This document shows, piece after piece, positions 62,574 through 64,000 of a DNA stretch of 64,000 nucleotides. The stretch covers positions 2,423-66,422 of the forward strand of contig JAFRQK010000025.1 in assembly GCA_017428635.1 (NCBI GenBank). The letters are read 5' to 3'. The notes beneath the pieces were generated by a model. That model searched no databases. It saw only the letters and a program-made list of their open reading frames with translations, and was not told the DNA's origin. This stretch comes from Clostridia bacterium. GTDB taxonomy: Bacteria > Bacillota > Clostridia > Oscillospirales > CAG-272. A program made the translations under genes and the position numbers. How positions within the stretch are numbered: the stretch's first letter is position 1; each line of letters opens with the position of its first letter.

Positions 62574-64000
62574 CCTTTTTGCCCTCGCTTATCTTCTGTT
62601 CGAATCTGTTCTTGGCAGTCTTTTCGGGTACGGGCGTCGGATATTCGCCGTTGAAGCACGCACTGCAGAGCCCCTTCATCGTGCCGCCCGACGCGATCTT
62701 CTTCACGTTGTCGACGGAGAGGAAGCCGAGCGAGTCGACGCCGATGATCTTCGCCATCTCCTCGACCGAATAGTGGCACGCGATCAGGTTCTCGCGCGAG
62801 TCGATGTCCGTTCCGTAGTAGCACGGATTGAGGAACTGAGGCGCGGACGATCTCATGTGGACCTCGGTCGCTCCCGCGTCGCGCAGGAGTTTGACGATGC
62901 GTCCGCAGGTCGTGCCGCGGACGATCGAGTCGTCGACCATCACGACGCGCTTGCCCTTGACGACGGACGGAACGGGGTTCAGCTTGATCCTGACCTTGTC
63001 CTCCCTCGTCTTCTGGCCGGGGGCGATGAACGTGCGCCCGATGTATTTGTTCTTGATGAGCCCGATGCCGTACGGGATGCCCGACTGACGGGCGTAGCCG
63101 ATCGCGGCGTCGAGGCCCGAGTCCGGGACGCCGATGACGACGTCGGCCATGACGGGGTGTTCGATCGCGAGGAACGTGCCCGCGCGGATCCTCGCCTCGT
63201 GGACGGAGACGCCGTCGATGACCGAATCGGGACGGGCGAAATAGATGTATTCGAAAACGCAGAGCGAGTGCTTCGCCTCGCCGCAGTGGTCCCTGATCGA
63301 GCGGACGCCGTCGGAGTCGAAGACTACGATCTCGCCGGGCTCGACGTCGCGCTCGAACGCCGCTCCGACGGAATCGAGGGCGCACGTCTCGGACGCGACT
63401 ATATAATCTCCGTTCGGCTTTCTGCCGATGCAGAGCGGGCGGAACCCGCCGGGGTCGCGGACGGCGATCATCTTCGCCGGGGACATGATGACGAGGGAGT
63501 ACGCGCCCTTGAGCCGATTCATAGCGCGGTTGACCGCCTCCTCGATCGACGGGGCGGTCAGGCGCTCCTTCGTGATGATATACGAGATGACCTCGGTGTC
63601 GCTCGTCATGTGGAAGATCGAGCCCTCGAGTTCAAGCGCCGTGCGAAGGTCGTAGGAGTTGATGAGGTTGCCGTTGTGGCAGAGCGCCATGCGTCCCTTG
63701 ACGTGGTTAACGACGATCGGCTGGGCGTTGACTCTGCCCGTGCTCCCCGTCGTTCCGTAGCGGACGTGGCCGATCGCCATATTGCCCTCGCCGAGTTTAT
63801 CGATGACGTCGCGCGTGAACACGTCGCCGACGAGACCGTCGTCCTTGTACGTGTTGAAAACGCCGTCGTCGTTGACGACGATGCCGCAGCTCTCCTGCCC
63901 TCTGTGCTGGAGCGAGAAGAGACCGTAGTAGACCGTCTCGGCAAGTTTTGCTCGCTCTTTTGCGAAGATCCCGAATACTCCGCATTCCTCGTGAATTTTC
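62557..64000 (-). CDS. purF: amidophosphoribosyltransferase PurF, 5' end cut by the window
   Basis: The frame stays open to the window end. My translation of 63999 downward gives [43 protein letters not shown]... (N-terminal nucleophile Cys). The PRTase motif [13 protein letters not shown] and C-terminal Fe-S cysteines are present. The 'M' at 63822 in the track is an internal GTG. Confidence 0.9.
   Translation of the reverse strand, partial: KIHEECGVFGIFAKERAKLAETVYYGLFSLQHRGQESCGIVVNDDGVFNTYKDDGLVGDVFTRDVIDKLGEGNMAIGHVRYGTTGSTGRVNAQPIVVNHVKGRMALCHNGNLINSYDLRTALELEGSIFHMTSDTEVISYIITKERLTAPSIEEAVNRAMNRLKGAYSLVIMSPAKMIAVRDPGGFRPLCIGRKPNGDYIVASETCALDSVGAAFERDVEPGEIVVFDSDGVRSIRDHCGEAKHSLCVFEYIYFARPDSVIDGVSVHEARIRAGTFLAIEHPVMADVVIGVPDSGLDAAIGYARQSGIPYGIGLIKNKYIGRTFIAPGQKTREDKVRIKLNPVPSVVKGKRVVMVDDSIVRGTTCGRIVKLLRDAGATEVHMRSSAPQFLNPCYYGTDIDSRENLIACHYSVEEMAKIIGVDSLGFLSVDNVKKIASGGTMKGLCSACFNGEYPTPVPEKTAKNRFEQKISEGKKDEKLQ

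Noticed and set aside
1-64000. A window-wide search for CRISPR arrays, transposase or integrase genes, prophage genes, restriction-modification or other recognisable defence systems, rRNA and tRNA genes.
   Set aside because: I found none. The only tandem repeats are the short heptamers noted above. The only RNA gene recognised is tmRNA, and the only toxin/immunity pair is barnase/barstar.

Overview
This 64-kb window looks like ordinary chromosome from a moderately high-GC Firmicute. It is probably a Clostridia/Oscillospiraceae-like organism, judging from SLH domains, sortase pili and the dcw gene order, but this taxonomic call is an inference. Nearly all of it is coding and most genes are housekeeping.

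Gene content, left to right:
- A deacetylase fragment and a GNAT gene.
- A barnase/barstar pair fused onto the start of mtaB.
- A minus-strand dcw division/cell-wall cluster: mraZ-rsmH-ftsL-PBP-murE-murF-mraY-ftsW-murG-ftsQ-ftsZ. It has no murD, murC or ftsA.
- nfo, yihY, mltG, a CPBP protease, 5-FTHF cyclo-ligase, DJ-1 and ftsK.
- A split TSUP transporter.
- A G5/3D wall protein behind a long structured leader, which may be a c-di-AMP (ydaO-type) riboswitch.
- A serine hydrolase and a rubrerythrin.
- An XRE-TPR regulator bracketed by two copies of a REP-like element.
- A lipoprotein, bcp, an M42 peptidase, a lipid kinase and an Eis-like GNAT.
- An SLH protein divergent from an ECF sigma/anti-sigma pair.
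- smpB-ssrA.
- An ~11-kb sortase-pilus operon: coiled-coil protein, signal peptidase I, a 1705-aa LPXTG tip protein, major pilin, SrtC, minor pilin and a second sortase.
- A purine operon, purF-purM-purN-purO-purH-glyA-purD-purL, cut by the window end.

I found no CRISPR array, transposase, integrase, phage gene or recognisable defence system.

The least ordinary items are:
1. The SLH wall protein shares a ~75% identical C-terminal domain and a promoter-like motif with the adjacent ECF anti-sigma module.
2. The pilus tip protein carries a CHAP-like module whose catalytic positions look substituted.
3. A duplicated tmRNA 3' fragment lies next to the pilus locus.

All family assignments come from motif recognition by eye. 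No database search was possible.
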